A stretch of DNA of 62,180 nt, filler included. It is 5 parts of 5 records of this genome, joined end to end, with 100 filler letters (N's around TTAATTAATTAA, not from the genome) between each part and the next. Parts side by side here need not be neighbours in the genome. Positions count along the whole stretch, not along the records: positions 38,010 to 49,720 come from SRR31156797_27658; positions 49,821 to 56,147 come from SRR31156797_27659; positions 56,248 to 62,180 come from SRR31156797_27691; 2 more parts are not named here. One strand, written 5' to 3'. The notes under the pieces were generated by a model that was not told the origin of the DNA, ran no database searches, and was given only the letters and a program-made list of their open reading frames with translations. Shown here piece after piece: positions 45,101 to 56,443 of the stretch. The first letter of the stretch is position 1; every line of letters starts with the position of its first letter. The position numbers were made by a program, and so were the translations under genes.

Positions 45101-47088
45101 AAATCACACCTAACAGCATAACAACGGATCAAAGTATTAATATTTCCATCAATGAACCGGGAATAATCCAAGGCCAGGTAGATATTGTCGGTACAAAAGA
45201 TAATGAAAGAAAATATCCGATTAAGCAAAAAATCGATCTTGGCTTTGATCAGGGGGCTTCATCCTTCAGTATCTCAGAATTACCGGATAATATTCATGAT
45301 GGTTTATTGCAATTAACATATTGGGATAATAACAGCAATGTATACACGGGTGCAGCAAAAATTGCTTATAATGCGCCCTTTATTGAAGACCTATACTATT
45401 CTCCTCAACAGCCCGGTGTTTCGGATACAGCTGTTGCGATCCGATTATCATTGGAATCTTTCGATGATGTAGATTCGCTTAACCTGCGGGTGTACGGAAG
45501 CGAATATTTGAATGCGAATTATAAGATTCTACCAATGATACATGTAGGTAATGGCATTTACGAATCAAAGGGTACTGTAACATATACAAGCAAAACAACA
45601 TTCTACCTAACCCCCAGCGACACGACAAATCCAACAATTTATTATTCCGGCAATTACTTCATTCCGGCAATTATTACCTCAAGCGAAACGATCACGGGAG
45701 ATTATTATTATTTGTCTCCGGCAATAAGCACGCAAAATGATATTTCTATCGTGGATTATTCTATTGAAGATGGTAAAAGTAAACTTATTCTCTTCAATGA
45801 TACCGATACATCCATCAACGTTATGGTAAATATCGAAATTGAGACAGCTCAATTGAATTATTCATTGACCGATACCGTGTTGACATATCAAGATGTTGCC
45901 GGGCAATATGAAAGTGGTTTCGAAAAGATCAATACTTTTTATTTTGATATACTACCGGCATTTGGGAGTAGCCAGGCTACAGTTAATATTACACCATTGG
46001 ATATTGAAGATACCGATACAAGCAATAATACAATAGAGATCAATATTGAGAATAAGTGGTTAAGCGTTAACAATGGTCATATAACGAATGGCACAGGGGA
46101 CACAACGGTTCTTTCCACAGGAACATTCAACAGTATAATGGCGGTAGAGAATTCAATCTTTTCCGGATCGGTATATTTGAATAATTACAATAGAAACTAT
46201 GATCTGTCTGCATTCGGTGCTACTCAGGATGTATTAAATCTCTTGTATGTAAACTCTACTGACCCTGAAATTGACCTTGTGGGTGCCCTGCCGGCATCTT
46301 CAATGACTGAGGGGCGATTTGTAGCATATTTAAGTACTGATCTGGAAATGTTTTATCGATTCCCGGATAACCTAAGTGATTCAACATATTATTTCCCCAT
46401 ACGGCGTCCCGGCTATTACTTGCTGGCATCATCTGTCGATAATATCCCACCGGAAATTGAGTTGAACATTAATGCTCGTGAAATTCTTTCTCGGGGTTAC
46501 GTATCGAAAAGATCTGATTTTTCAATTATTATGAGCGATGATCATGGTGTAAATCCTTTACCGGAATATTGGGATATATTGTTAGACGGCGAGGAGATTC
46601 CCGAAGAAGATATTACCATCCTTGAAGGTGATGATGTTGAATTTATGAAGTTGAATTTTAAACTCGAGATGGAAGCGGACGAAGAACCCCACACCTTGCA
46701 AGTCATTGCCCACGATCTTGTGGGTAATAGAAGTGAAACTGAAGCATATGATATCATTTATACCGGTGAATCAAATCTGATCGATTATGGTACATATCCC
46801 AACCCCTTTACAACTAGAACAACGTTCATCTATGAATTGACCGAACAATTTGATGACGTAACGATCAAAATATTTACCATATCGGGTAAAAAAATATTTA
46901 CCATGTCCGTAAGTGAAAATGCCATCACCGATCTTCCGCTTTATAGTATTGGATACCATGAAATACCGTGGTATGGTAAGGATGAATTTGGCAATACGGT
47001 TGCAAACGGTGTGTATTTTTATATCATTGAGGGTGAAGTTGACGATAAAAAAATTAAATCCACAGGCAAGATCGCGAAATTAAGATGA
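42148..47088 (+). CDS. PorU-like C25 (gingipain-family) cysteine peptidase with C-terminal T9SS/FlgD-like Ig domain
   Basis: DYVIITH, PKYVLFIGD, MALGRLP, catalytic INYIGHGG and SLTCFT, ILGDP, C-terminal YPNPF...W-x-GKDEFGNTVANGVYFY. Start uncertain (42142 or 42148). Confidence 0.82.
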   Translation: MKTNYEQNCTHICRIVRNLILLTLLLFSSLFSVEWKIEEAPSVFTYKWEMSPEDLTEFTKTGRINESGIAGSIYHEGRYYPVYTVLIENAIENVTYSINNKEVIELNINSLIGENNTSDILNTIPGHMPLDNNDNIDSPEDVLLQNREFINTTSIDEFNPNALNDFINLNEVPGVGTLVEIMPCLPDNNGDVKCLTRADIQLISTNSIALKKSDLIKDKISFSKTTSLKTDLPEEYCALYIREPGVYQVSGQDLADLEIDIRYINPDNLKLYWWGEELPCRITSTYESGQETFQHHDVIQFYIPQKKNPYGTYRFNPFSVYDVIQLYWNEGDGLRYVQENSEIDASIGSDGKFMPEDNRTFRSKIHIEENHTYQQLARLHEDELSHKYEHTFFTPSVRIGRSVSFPFELWDPVVDSPFNVDFTLRMQGLTYSVDDEMDHQILVSVNNQYLLEDEWDGQVPKISTNYDMQYNHENLIHGENEIEISVKGFESNPYLDDQVLFDWLEVDYERYMIVHNNRLNFSPQHGPGIYMFEVKGLTSATDILILKNETNWIRGYYVEQDENSEGEISYNVYFEDECDGTEVYQVAGPGMDEIAGFGIESIDSIRYVNTLENDQYNTAEQGDYVIITHKDFYEKSLELVEHKTSMGFRPVVYELERIYDEYNGGNESPYAIKAFLTDIYSNWSITPKYVLFIGDTGTENPLPTIWYQSTGAIGAIIAENWFVDVDDDFVIEMALGRLPVSTEEELDSIISKIKVFDQMPNSKQRNRMALISGPESIFKTQIQNYLNSVSPDHVQTDRLYLYDSHLTGDFDAGIHATDTLLKFINDGVFCINYIGHGGGYTWDNYVLPYETFDEFTPDRPTIVNSLTCFTNTFSNDNALGEMFVRHPRGSVSVLSSTGYGWINSNYFIYEKLMEHMFKDGMSHGQAFQFTLTDYFFSTFGRNANFIDYVDGRVVYKYFRKTLFYQMCILGDPSATFPVNLPGEIEITPNSITTDQSINISINEPGIIQGQVDIVGTKDNERKYPIKQKIDLGFDQGASSFSISELPDNIHDGLLQLTYWDNNSNVYTGAAKIAYNAPFIEDLYYSPQQPGVSDTAVAIRLSLESFDDVDSLNLRVYGSEYLNANYKILPMIHVGNGIYESKGTVTYTSKTTFYLTPSDTTNPTIYYSGNYFIPAIITSSETITGDYYYLSPAISTQNDISIVDYSIEDGKSKLILFNDTDTSINVMVNIEIETAQLNYSLTDTVLTYQDVAGQYESGFEKINTFYFDILPAFGSSQATVNITPLDIEDTDTSNNTIEINIENKWLSVNNGHITNGTGDTTVLSTGTFNSIMAVENSIFSGSVYLNNYNRNYDLSAFGATQDVLNLLYVNSTDPEIDLVGALPASSMTEGRFVAYLSTDLEMFYRFPDNLSDSTYYFPIRRPGYYLLASSVDNIPPEIELNINAREILSRGYVSKRSDFSIIMSDDHGVNPLPEYWDILLDGEEIPEEDITILEGDDVEFMKLNFKLEMEADEEPHTLQVIAHDLVGNRSETEAYDIIYTGESNLIDYGTYPNPFTTRTTFIYELTEQFDDVTIKIFTISGKKIFTMSVSENAITDLPLYSIGYHEIPWYGKDEFGNTVANGVYFYIIEGEVDDKKIKSTGKIAKLR

Positions 47089-48113
47089 AAAAGAACCTAA
47101 TAGTAATTTTGCTCAGTTTGTTATTCTCTGTTTCCTACGCAGATTACGGATTCTATGGAGATGCTTTTATTGCTGCGGGCCGACCTTCTCAATCTATAGC
47201 AATGGGTGGAACGGGCTTGACATCAATAGATGGTATTACATCCGTTTTAACGAATCCGGCGGGTTTAGCGGGATATAAAAATAAAGAGCTGTATACTCAA
47301 TACAATAATCTCTTTGGCCTTGCTTCGCAAAACAGTATCGGTTTTTCAATGCCTTATGGGAATTATCAGATCGGTATTATGCTGAATACAGTTGGAGCGC
47401 AGCTATATTATCGTGACGATATTATTAATAATATTCCAAATGTAAATGATCGAAGGGAATACGTTCGACAAACCTTAAGCCTTGATGCTTTTTATGATAT
47501 TGAATCAGCGTTAATTATGTCAATAGCCCGGGAAACGCCCATTGACATTAAGCTTGGTTGGTCATATGATCGTTTCACAATATATTTTCAATACGGATTA
47601 AATGCAAAATTGATATATAAGTCGCTGGACAGCAAAGGAGCCATTGGGGGTGGTTTGGATGCAGGTATGCGATTGATCGTTCCTGGTAATGAGGTATTTT
47701 ATATAAAGAATTTAGGCGATATTTCACTGGGGTTAAATGTTGAAAATATTATTCAATCTCCGATCATTTGGTTTGATCACCTTAACGATTTTGGAAATAT
47801 GAGGATCACAACGGGTATCGCCTTGCATCAGCCGGTTAGATTTTTACAAAGTGAGATAAGATTTGCTGTAGATGCCTATCTTTTTGAGGGTGAATTTTTC
47901 CCTGATTATGGTGCCAGATATGGACTTCAATGGAATTTTAAGGATTTTATCGATATTCGTTTCGGTAAAGATTATAGTAGTTATACCGGGGGTGTTGGCA
48001 TAATGTTATCAATTCCCACCGGGAAACTCAAAATAGATTATACTATTCAAAACCATGAGATAAACTGGAGTCACTTGATTTCTTTATCGTATTTTTGGGG
48101 TGATAAAAAATGA
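47085..48113 (+). CDS. PorV/PorQ-family outer-membrane beta-barrel protein
   Basis: Signal peptide; SIAMGG...NPAGLA motif; alternating beta-strands ending HLISLSYFW. Confidence 0.75.
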   Translation: MKKNLIVILLSLLFSVSYADYGFYGDAFIAAGRPSQSIAMGGTGLTSIDGITSVLTNPAGLAGYKNKELYTQYNNLFGLASQNSIGFSMPYGNYQIGIMLNTVGAQLYYRDDIINNIPNVNDRREYVRQTLSLDAFYDIESALIMSIARETPIDIKLGWSYDRFTIYFQYGLNAKLIYKSLDSKGAIGGGLDAGMRLIVPGNEVFYIKNLGDISLGLNVENIIQSPIIWFDHLNDFGNMRITTGIALHQPVRFLQSEIRFAVDAYLFEGEFFPDYGARYGLQWNFKDFIDIRFGKDYSSYTGGVGIMLSIPTGKLKIDYTIQNHEINWSHLISLSYFWGDKK

Positions 48114-48901
48114 AAAAGCTATTAATATTGATAACAGTAATAATTATGGTATCCAGCTGTTTTGATCCACCCGATATCACTCCTCCGACATTTATACCCA
48201 AAAGTCCTCCGGATAGCCTTGTCGAAAAAGGTATAGATGCCCATCCCGATAATGCAATTTATCTTGAATGGGAAGAACCGGCAACTGCAGAAGATGAAGG
48301 AATTCTAAGTTATTATATTTATAGAGGGACCAAGAGCGAGGGTGAATATAAATTTAAATATATAGACGATGTTGTTAGAAATGCGGGCATAATTAATGAA
48401 AGTGATGCCTATATTGATTATTCTGTCGACATGGATTCCACGTATTATTATTATTTAAGGTCACACAATGATTTTACAGACAGTAAAGAGACCTCAGATA
48501 CTGTTTCATATAAGCTTGCAAGAAAAGTCGTATTAAGAACCCCAACCGGTGATATATATAATAGTGCTCCAAGTATATATTTTGAATATTCACCATATGC
48601 CATTGATAGAATAAATTATTTTTATCTGAGGCTTGATCATTTAGAAGCGGGGTCCTACGAGAACATATTATTTCTTAAGATCCATCGATTTGATCTTTCA
48701 AAGGCTGTATATGGCGTATACATAAATAATTTTGATGAACACACAACGATATTAAGAGATGAAATAATGTCTGATGATGATGGTAAGTATTTGTCAAATG
48801 GATATTATAGATGGCGGGTTGATGCGGTCTCGGGTGAGCTTGGTGGTGCAGCCGAAAGTGTTGGTTCGGAAAGCGAATGGATGTATTTTGTAGTAAATTA
48901 A
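48110..48901 (+). CDS. Lipoprotein with FN3-like domain
   Basis: Lipobox MVSSC; IYLEW...YYIYRG...YIDY...YYYYLRS. Confidence 0.7.
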   Translation: MKKLLILITVIIMVSSCFDPPDITPPTFIPKSPPDSLVEKGIDAHPDNAIYLEWEEPATAEDEGILSYYIYRGTKSEGEYKFKYIDDVVRNAGIINESDAYIDYSVDMDSTYYYYLRSHNDFTDSKETSDTVSYKLARKVVLRTPTGDIYNSAPSIYFEYSPYAIDRINYFYLRLDHLEAGSYENILFLKIHRFDLSKAVYGVYINNFDEHTTILRDEIMSDDDGKYLSNGYYRWRVDAVSGELGGAAESVGSESEWMYFVVN

Positions 48902-48915
48902 GGAGATGTGAATAA

Positions 48916-49720
<805 letters not shown>

Positions 49721-49820
49721 NNNNNNNNNNNNNNNNNNNNNNNNNNNNNNNNNNNNNNNNNNNNTTAATTAATTAANNNNNNNNNNNNNNNNNNNNNNNN
49801 NNNNNNNNNNNNNNNNNNNN
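49721..49820. other. Artificial contig linker
   Basis: N44-TTAATTAATTAA-N44. Confidence 0.97.
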
Positions 49821-50912
49821 GAACTTGATCTTTTTAAAAGCCGATTGAAAGACGAAATGGAAAAGGGTGCGGGAGGCATATCCCTGGGCCTGGAATACGC
49901 CCCGGGGTTGCTGGCTTTAACGTCTGAAATAATCTCACTGGCAAAAATAGCACGGCGGCATGGCGGCCTGGTATCCTTTCACATGCGTGATGAATCGGGA
50001 AGGAGGACGGAATCAGGGGAGGCCGGAGTCATTCAGGCTGTCAGGGAAGTAATTGAAGTTGCTCGCCGCTCTGAATCGCCGGTTCAGATTTCTCATTTGA
50101 AAATATGTTCTCCATTCGGCGATGTCCGCCCGGATAGAATTATTGAAGAAATTGAAGCCGCCCGATCTGAAGGGTTGGATATAACAGCGGATCAGTATCC
50201 ATATGATGCAGGGCAGGCTTTACTTAATTACTTATTGCCGGCCGTGTTTAAAACAGGTTTCAGCATAAGAAACGAATACAAGGCCGGCGAGGGCAGGAGG
50301 CTGTTGGCCAAGGCGGTTAAAGAGATATACAGCGATCTGAACCCGGAAAAAATCCTGATTACGATGTTTCCGCCTCGGGAATCTTATGAGGGCCGCACCA
50401 TATCGGAGATTTCGGAAATGGAGCAAGGCGACCCGGTCGACATTTTTATCGACATGGTCAGCGAGGAAGAAGCTCCTTTGGCCGCTTTTTTTCATCAGAA
50501 AAAGGATATCGTAAGGGCTCTTATGCCGCATGCATTTGTTATGACAGCATCAGACAGTCGGACCACGCCTTACGGGGCGACCTCGCCGCATCCGAGAGCA
50601 TATGGTTCGTTTGCCAGGAAAATAAAAAAATACGTGATGCGGGAAAAGATCATGTCCATGGCGGATGCAGTCCGGTCGATGACGTCATTGCCCGCGGCGA
50701 AATTTGGAATTAAGGAAAGAGGGCGTATTGTTCCGGGTTATCTGGCGGATATCGTCATAATCGACCCGGAATCCATTTCCGACCGGGCGACTTACAAGGC
50801 GCCGCACCAATATTCGGATGGCGTGGTCCATCTGTTGGTTAACGGGGCATTGGAAATTGAGAATAGAAATCTAACGGGTAATTACGCGGGCCGGTCTTTG
50901 AGGAAGGATTGA
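49821..50912 (+). CDS. N-acyl-D-amino-acid deacylase (amidohydrolase; 5' truncated)
   Basis: GLEYAPG, HMRDE, QISHLK, TADQYPY, PHPRAYGSF, ADIVIIDP; frame open from the contig start. Confidence 0.88.
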   Translation, partial: ELDLFKSRLKDEMEKGAGGISLGLEYAPGLLALTSEIISLAKIARRHGGLVSFHMRDESGRRTESGEAGVIQAVREVIEVARRSESPVQISHLKICSPFGDVRPDRIIEEIEAARSEGLDITADQYPYDAGQALLNYLLPAVFKTGFSIRNEYKAGEGRRLLAKAVKEIYSDLNPEKILITMFPPRESYEGRTISEISEMEQGDPVDIFIDMVSEEEAPLAAFFHQKKDIVRALMPHAFVMTASDSRTTPYGATSPHPRAYGSFARKIKKYVMREKIMSMADAVRSMTSLPAAKFGIKERGRIVPGYLADIVIIDPESISDRATYKAPHQYSDGVVHLLVNGALEIENRNLTGNYAGRSLRKD

Positions 50913-50949
50913 CCGGCCGGCGCAATTATCTGCCCGAAAAAAGTATCGT

Positions 50950-51864
50950 TTAGGAGCCGGCCTGCTTCTGTTGATGCATCCTGGCTATAAATTTGACCAT
51001 CTGGCCGAGAACCATGGCCATGACTTCCTTGGGCAAAAAATAACCTGACGAAGGGCCGGCCAGCAATTCGGAAACTTCTTCAACCGTCTTGGCTTCGTCC
51101 AGGTTTCGGGCGTACGCCTCTTCCATTAGCTTCCTGGTGGCTGCCGCCGACTCAATGGACTTTTTCATATAATTCCGGGCGTCTTCACCTGTCCTGGCGC
51201 CGTAATGTTCGGCCATGTGGATTTCAATATCCAAAGCGGCCATTTTTTCAAGGCTTTGTTGATACTTATCAAAATTGGAATTAGCGGCCGCAAAAACTTG
51301 ATCTCCATAAGGGATGCCGCCGGCGTCGGACGCGGACAAGGCTTTTTCCGACGGTATGTATGCGGCCATGGAACAGGAAGAATGGCCGGGGGTTTCCAGG
51401 AAGTTGATGTCCAGGTCGCCCAATTTGATCGCGTCTCCATCTTCAAGGGCTTCGTCCACTACTATTATTTCTATGTCCAGGCCGAATTCTTCCCACTTGT
51501 CTTCAAGACCCCGGCTTGAAAGCAGCCCCTTGTTCAGGGCGAGTATGGTTTCCATTACCGCTGGGCGGGCGAGATTTTGCTGCGCCCTTTTTGAAGCCGT
51601 GATTTTTGCCCGCGGCCAACGTTTTTTAAAAAACGGCATGGCGCCGACATGATCGAAATGGGCATGGTGAATTACCAGGCGGCTTATTTTACTTTCATCA
51701 ATTTGAAATTGTTCCAATTGATCGAGCACATCGGGAATGATGTAAGGCATTCCTCCGCCCAAGATTGCATATTCGCTCCCGCCGTCTACCAGGTAGACGC
51801 AGGATTCCTCCCGCCCCAACAGGGTTATTCTATCAGATACCTTTCCCGGTGTAGTAACGATCAT
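50950..51864 (-). CDS. MBL-fold metallo-hydrolase
   Basis: HHAHFDHVG, ETPGHS, SDA. Confidence 0.85.
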   Translation of the reverse strand: MIVTTPGKVSDRITLLGREESCVYLVDGGSEYAILGGGMPYIIPDVLDQLEQFQIDESKISRLVIHHAHFDHVGAMPFFKKRWPRAKITASKRAQQNLARPAVMETILALNKGLLSSRGLEDKWEEFGLDIEIIVVDEALEDGDAIKLGDLDINFLETPGHSSCSMAAYIPSEKALSASDAGGIPYGDQVFAAANSNFDKYQQSLEKMAALDIEIHMAEHYGARTGEDARNYMKKSIESAAATRKLMEEAYARNLDEAKTVEEVSELLAGPSSGYFLPKEVMAMVLGQMVKFIARMHQQKQAGS

Positions 51865-51971
51865 TCTCTAACCTCCTGATCCAAGATGCTGTAGTTATAA
51901 ACTTCCCCTCAGCCGCCTCCGGGATATCAATCTGAAAAGATCGATCGAAAGAAGAAGCATACTTCGGGGAA

Positions 51972-52628
51972 TTAAACCCCATTAAGGGGATTTATCAACA
52001 TGGCCGCGGCCCGAACCGGTGCGCCGTCGCCGTTTTTTATTTTTATCGGAAGACAGAAAAAGACAAAACCCGATTCCGGGAGGGAGTCGAGATTTGCCAA
52101 GTTTTCAACAATAATAGTATTACACGATAACAGGGTTTTATGAACAGGAAAATCAACCGTGGAGTGTGAATCAGCCGAAATGGCGTCAATTCCGAGGCCC
52201 TTGATCTTATACCCGCCAAGCCATTGAGCGGCTTCCGGGCTTAATGACGGATAGCCCGAATAATATTCCTGACTCCCCCAATGCCTTTCCCACCCGGTTT
52301 TAAGGATGACGAATTCGGATTTTGAAATGATTTTTTCATAAGGTTCTATATGGCTAAGGTCGATGTTGGGATCCTCCGCCTTTGTCAAATCCAGACAGCA
52401 ACCCGGGCCGGCGAAATCCGATATATGAAAGTCGCTTAGGCTGCTTCCATTTTTATTCATGTGGGCGGGAGCATCCATATGCGTTCCGACATGGGAGTAA
52501 ATATTAATTTTTCTTTCTTCGAATCCATCATTTTCAACATCGGCGATTTTTTCAATAATCGGCCGGGGAGTTCCAGGATAGACCGGCATATCCGGAGTCA
52601 GGTCATGGGAAAGGTCTATTATTTTCAT
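51972..52628 (-). CDS. Cyclase-family protein (kynurenine formamidase-like)
   Basis: IIDLSH, SHVGTHMDAPAH, GIDAIS, IVENLANL, DGAPVRA. Confidence 0.9.
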   Translation of the reverse strand: MKIIDLSHDLTPDMPVYPGTPRPIIEKIADVENDGFEERKINIYSHVGTHMDAPAHMNKNGSSLSDFHISDFAGPGCCLDLTKAEDPNIDLSHIEPYEKIISKSEFVILKTGWERHWGSQEYYSGYPSLSPEAAQWLGGYKIKGLGIDAISADSHSTVDFPVHKTLLSCNTIIVENLANLDSLPESGFVFFCLPIKIKNGDGAPVRAAAMLINPLNGV

Positions 52629-52819
52629 TTAGTCCTTCTTTCAGATTCATGAATAAAAGTAGTTGATTATTATTGAATATAAATATTTTATTTGGAGTTT
52701 CTTCCAGGACCGCTTTAGCGATGATTAGTATAAACAACGGCAGTTGTTTGGTTAGGGCGCGCAGCCCCCTATTGCGTTTCTATTGCGTCGACGGTGAATA
52801 ATGAAAGGGGAATCAGCGA

Positions 52820-54394
52820 TTATATCCTGCACACAATTGAATCTGCTTCCGAGGCGATTACAATATTACGACCCCGGGTCTTGGCCATGTACAATGCTTC
52901 ATCCGACCGTTTTATTACGTCTTCCAACCTTTTATCGGAATCAGTAATTTGCGCTGCTCCGACACTGATTGTAAAACTAAGAGCACCATCGACGGCGTGT
53001 AAGCTCAATCCTTCAATTTTGCTCCTTAATCTTTCGGCCACTTTTGTTGCCTGCCGTATATCCGTTTCCGGCAACACAACCATGAATTCCTCTCCGCCGA
53101 CTCTTCCAATCACATCGGGCTCGCGCAGGTTTTCCTGGCAGCTTTTTGTTATTTGCTTTAAAACCTCGTCACCGGTCTGATGGCCGTACGTGTCGTTTAT
53201 TCGTTTAAAATGGTCCACATCCAGCATCAAAACGGACATGGGTCGTTTATATCTTTTGCTTTTGCGAAAATCCTTGGCGCCGTATTCCAGGATGCAGCGT
53301 CTGTTTCTTATTCCGGTCAAAGCATCCGTCTCGGCCAGTCGTTGGAGTTCCGATTCCAATTCCTTGCGGGCTGTTATGTCCCGGAAGACCAGTATTTTAC
53401 CGACCGTTTTGCCTTTGTGATCGGAAAAAATATTCATTTTAAGATCATAGGTTTTGTTAATGCCCGCCGACATTACTGGGACTTCCAGCGATTCCCGGTC
53501 CGGCTGATTAATATGTTTGACCAGTGCTTCATATTTTTCAAAAACCACCGAAGCTTTCCTGCCAATCAACAAGCCGACCTTATGGAGATCAAATATGCTT
53601 ATTGCGGCGGGATTGAAATCAATCAACTGGTCGTCGCCGTCAAATACGATAACGCCGTCTTGCAGTCCCTTGAATACTTCATCCCGGGCAATGGGAATGA
53701 CGTCGTAGAGTCTGTATCGAAAAAAACCCCAGGCAAGAGCCAGGCCCGTAAAGTTGAAGGCCAGGGCGGTAAGATCCATGTTTGGAATTGGGCTGAGACC
53801 GAAATTGTATATGATATTGCCGCAAAACGGAAAGGCCATGGCCGCGAGGATCACGCCCAGCTGCTTTCTGAAAAATACATTTGACTTGATAAAGTGCTTG
53901 ATAATGACAACGGCCGAGACGGCTATTAGTCCATAAGAGTAAAAGGCGTAGAACCAGAACATGGGGGCGTGAATATTAGCCAGCATTGGAAAGGGACCTG
54001 TATCGTCAATCCAGAACCTTGTCCAGATCAGATTGTGCCATTCGTTCGTCCAGGCAAGCAGCAGGGTAAGAACAGGAATAATGGACAGATAAATGTAGTA
54101 GCGGACTTTATTTATTTTTTCGCTTCCGATGTAGGCGAAGACATAGAAAAGCAGGGCCGGAGGAACAATCGTAATTCCTATATATTGAGCTTTTGTGATG
54201 AAAATTCTCGTGTTCATGTCGAATTTCATTAAAATCATTGCTTCACAAATCGCCCAGATCGCGGCGCCGAAAGTCACTAGAAAAAGGGATAAGGCGCCGC
54301 GCACGGCCAGGCGCTTCCAGAGTAGGGCCGTGGCGATTGCGGTCAGAATGCCGGCTAAAAGGTTAGGCATCCAATAGAGTGCGTTAGTATCCAT
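52820..54394 (-). CDS. Diguanylate cyclase (HisKA_7TM + PAS + GGDEF)
   Basis: Seven TM segments with LAWTNEWHNLIW; PAS DFNPAA; DVDHFKRINDTYGH, RxxD I-site REPD, GGEEF. Confidence 0.92.
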   Translation of the reverse strand: MDTNALYWMPNLLAGILTAIATALLWKRLAVRGALSLFLVTFGAAIWAICEAMILMKFDMNTRIFITKAQYIGITIVPPALLFYVFAYIGSEKINKVRYYIYLSIIPVLTLLLAWTNEWHNLIWTRFWIDDTGPFPMLANIHAPMFWFYAFYSYGLIAVSAVVIIKHFIKSNVFFRKQLGVILAAMAFPFCGNIIYNFGLSPIPNMDLTALAFNFTGLALAWGFFRYRLYDVIPIARDEVFKGLQDGVIVFDGDDQLIDFNPAAISIFDLHKVGLLIGRKASVVFEKYEALVKHINQPDRESLEVPVMSAGINKTYDLKMNIFSDHKGKTVGKILVFRDITARKELESELQRLAETDALTGIRNRRCILEYGAKDFRKSKRYKRPMSVLMLDVDHFKRINDTYGHQTGDEVLKQITKSCQENLREPDVIGRVGGEEFMVVLPETDIRQATKVAERLRSKIEGLSLHAVDGALSFTISVGAAQITDSDKRLEDVIKRSDEALYMAKTRGRNIVIASEADSIVCRI

Positions 54395-54645
54395 ATCAGA
54401 CCAATATCACACATGCGCATTTGCATTCCATAATATAAAACCAGCGTTGAATATTATAAGAAGCATAAGGCCAATGCATGAAGGAATTACAATTCCATAT
54501 TAAAATATGAAGTAATTTTCATTACTTTTCAGATTCAATAACATCTTGTGCCGGTTAGCTTAAACCACTTATTTATGAAAAAGGCAATGATGAATTTTCA
54601 TCATGAAAAAAATGAGAGTCAAAATAGTAGGTAAAGGGAGAGCGG

Positions 54646-54671
54646 AAAAGGGCGCCCCTCCGCGGGCGCCC
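54646..54671 (-). terminator. Intrinsic terminator after acyl-CoA ligase gene
   Basis: GGGCGCCC-CTCCGC-GGGCGCCC hairpin with AAAA on + (U-tract on -). Confidence 0.65.
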
Positions 54672-54709
54672 CTGGTTGCTATCTAACGGACAGGGTATAA
54701 ATATATTAT

Positions 54710-56147
54710 TTATTCTCCCGAGGCCATATATTCTTCTTTTAGCTGGGCTTTCATTATCTTGCCGACCGGGGTCAGGGGCAGTTCCGAGCGGATAGCTATT
54801 TGTCTCGGAACCTTGTAGTCGGCCAGCTTTTCCTTACAATACGCTTTCAGTTCTTCTTCCGTGGGGCTTTCTCCCGGCGCGGGCACGATGTAGTAGCGTC
54901 CGACTTCGCCCAGGACCGGATCGGGAACGCCTATGCCGGCCACCATGGAAACCTTGGGGTGCTTGGAAAGCAGGTTTTCCACTTCCACCGGGTACACGTT
55001 AAATCCGCCCTGCAGGTACATTTCCTTTTTCCGGCCCATAAGGACGATATAGCCATTATCGTCCAGGTAGCCCATGTCGCCGGTATGGAGCCAGCCGTCC
55101 TGGTCAAAAGTCTCGCTTGTTTCTTCCGGCATGCGGAAATACCCGCCCACGACGGCGTCTCCCTTGAAATAGAGTTCGCCCGTTTCATTGGCCGGTAGTT
55201 CTTTACCTTCTTCATCCATGATCTTGACCTGGAAATCGCCGATAGGTTTGCCTATTGATTTGATGGTCGTGTCAAAGTCGCTTTCCCAGGGACTCAGGAC
55301 GACGGCCCCCGAGGACTCGCTGAGCCCGTAAAGGTTCATAACTAAGGCATTGGGGTAGGTGTTATTCAGGGCGGTCAATAAAGCTGGTTCGGAATTGGAA
55401 CCTCCTGAAATGACCAGCCTAACCTTTTCAGTGCGGAAAGAACTGATATTGTCGCTCATGAGCATCAGAGTGTGCATGGTCGGAACGCCGGGTATTATTG
55501 TGGGCTGATATTTTTGTGACAACTCAATTACGTAGTTGGGGTCGAACATGGGAATAAGAACGGTGGTCCCTCCGCCGAACATGGTGGTCAGGATGCCGCA
55601 GGTTATGCCGCCGACATGATTGAAAGGCAACCCGAGCAGGACCATTTCGTCTTCCGAGATTTTGGTGTGCTCGGCCTGGGCTCTGGCGGAAGCAAGCTGG
55701 CTTTTATGGGAAATGCCCGCTCCCTTGGGCCGGCCGGTTGTTCCGGAAGTGTAGATAATGATCATCAGATCGTCGGGTTCGACAGCAGCTTTGGCTGCAT
55801 CCAGGGCGGCTTCATCCACTTCAGTATCCATTACCGAGCTGAAATCATGGCTTCCTTCAAAACCTTGCCCGCCAATGAAAATGTATTCCGTGACCGAAGG
55901 GATCCGGGATTTGAAATTTTGGAAAAACTGGACATAATCCATATCGCCGATTGAATTGAGCGTGACAAGCCCACGGGTTTCACTCTGGTTAAGGATGTAA
56001 TCAAGTTCCGTGTCCCTGTATCTTACGCTCAACCCGGTAATGACAACTCCGATTTTGGCTGCGGCAAAATAGGTAAGCAGCCATTCAATCTGATTGAGCC
56101 CGATAATGCCGATACGATCGCCTTTTTTAAATCCGAGCTTCAGCAGT
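54710..56147 (-). CDS. Long-chain acyl-CoA synthetase / AMP-binding enzyme (5' truncated)
   Basis: IIYTSGTTGRPKG, YGLSE, WLHTGDMG, GRKKE, PVGKI; frame open to the contig edge. Confidence 0.92.
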
Positions 56148-56247
56148 NNNNNNNNNNNNNNNNNNNNNNNNNNNNNNNNNNNNNNNNNNNNTTAATTAAT
56201 TAANNNNNNNNNNNNNNNNNNNNNNNNNNNNNNNNNNNNNNNNNNNN
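56148..56247. other. Artificial contig linker
   Basis: N44-TTAATTAATTAA-N44. Confidence 0.97.
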
Positions 56248-56443
56248 GGACCTATTACATCAAGCTGCTTGAGCCCGCCGTAGCGGCTGCCCATTCCCGC
56301 AGCCATAACAACCAGTGTTTTATCCATAAAAAAAACCTCGCTTTCTCACTTTCGTATCAGCATAGGGGAGGAGGAAAGCAATATGAATGCAGAAAACCGC
56401 CAAAAACATGGACTTTCCAACAATTTCATGAAATGATATATCC

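Noticed and set aside
14200-48113. Link between the RHS protein and the T9SS-like porU/porV genes as its export route
   Set aside because: They are on different contigs separated by a linker and probably from different organisms; the RHS protein has no CTD.
52750-52800. CTATTGCGT direct repeat / GACGCAA next to a diguanylate cyclase, suggesting a c-di-GMP-I riboswitch
   Set aside because: The GCAAA...GAAA P2 stem and the P3 architecture are missing.
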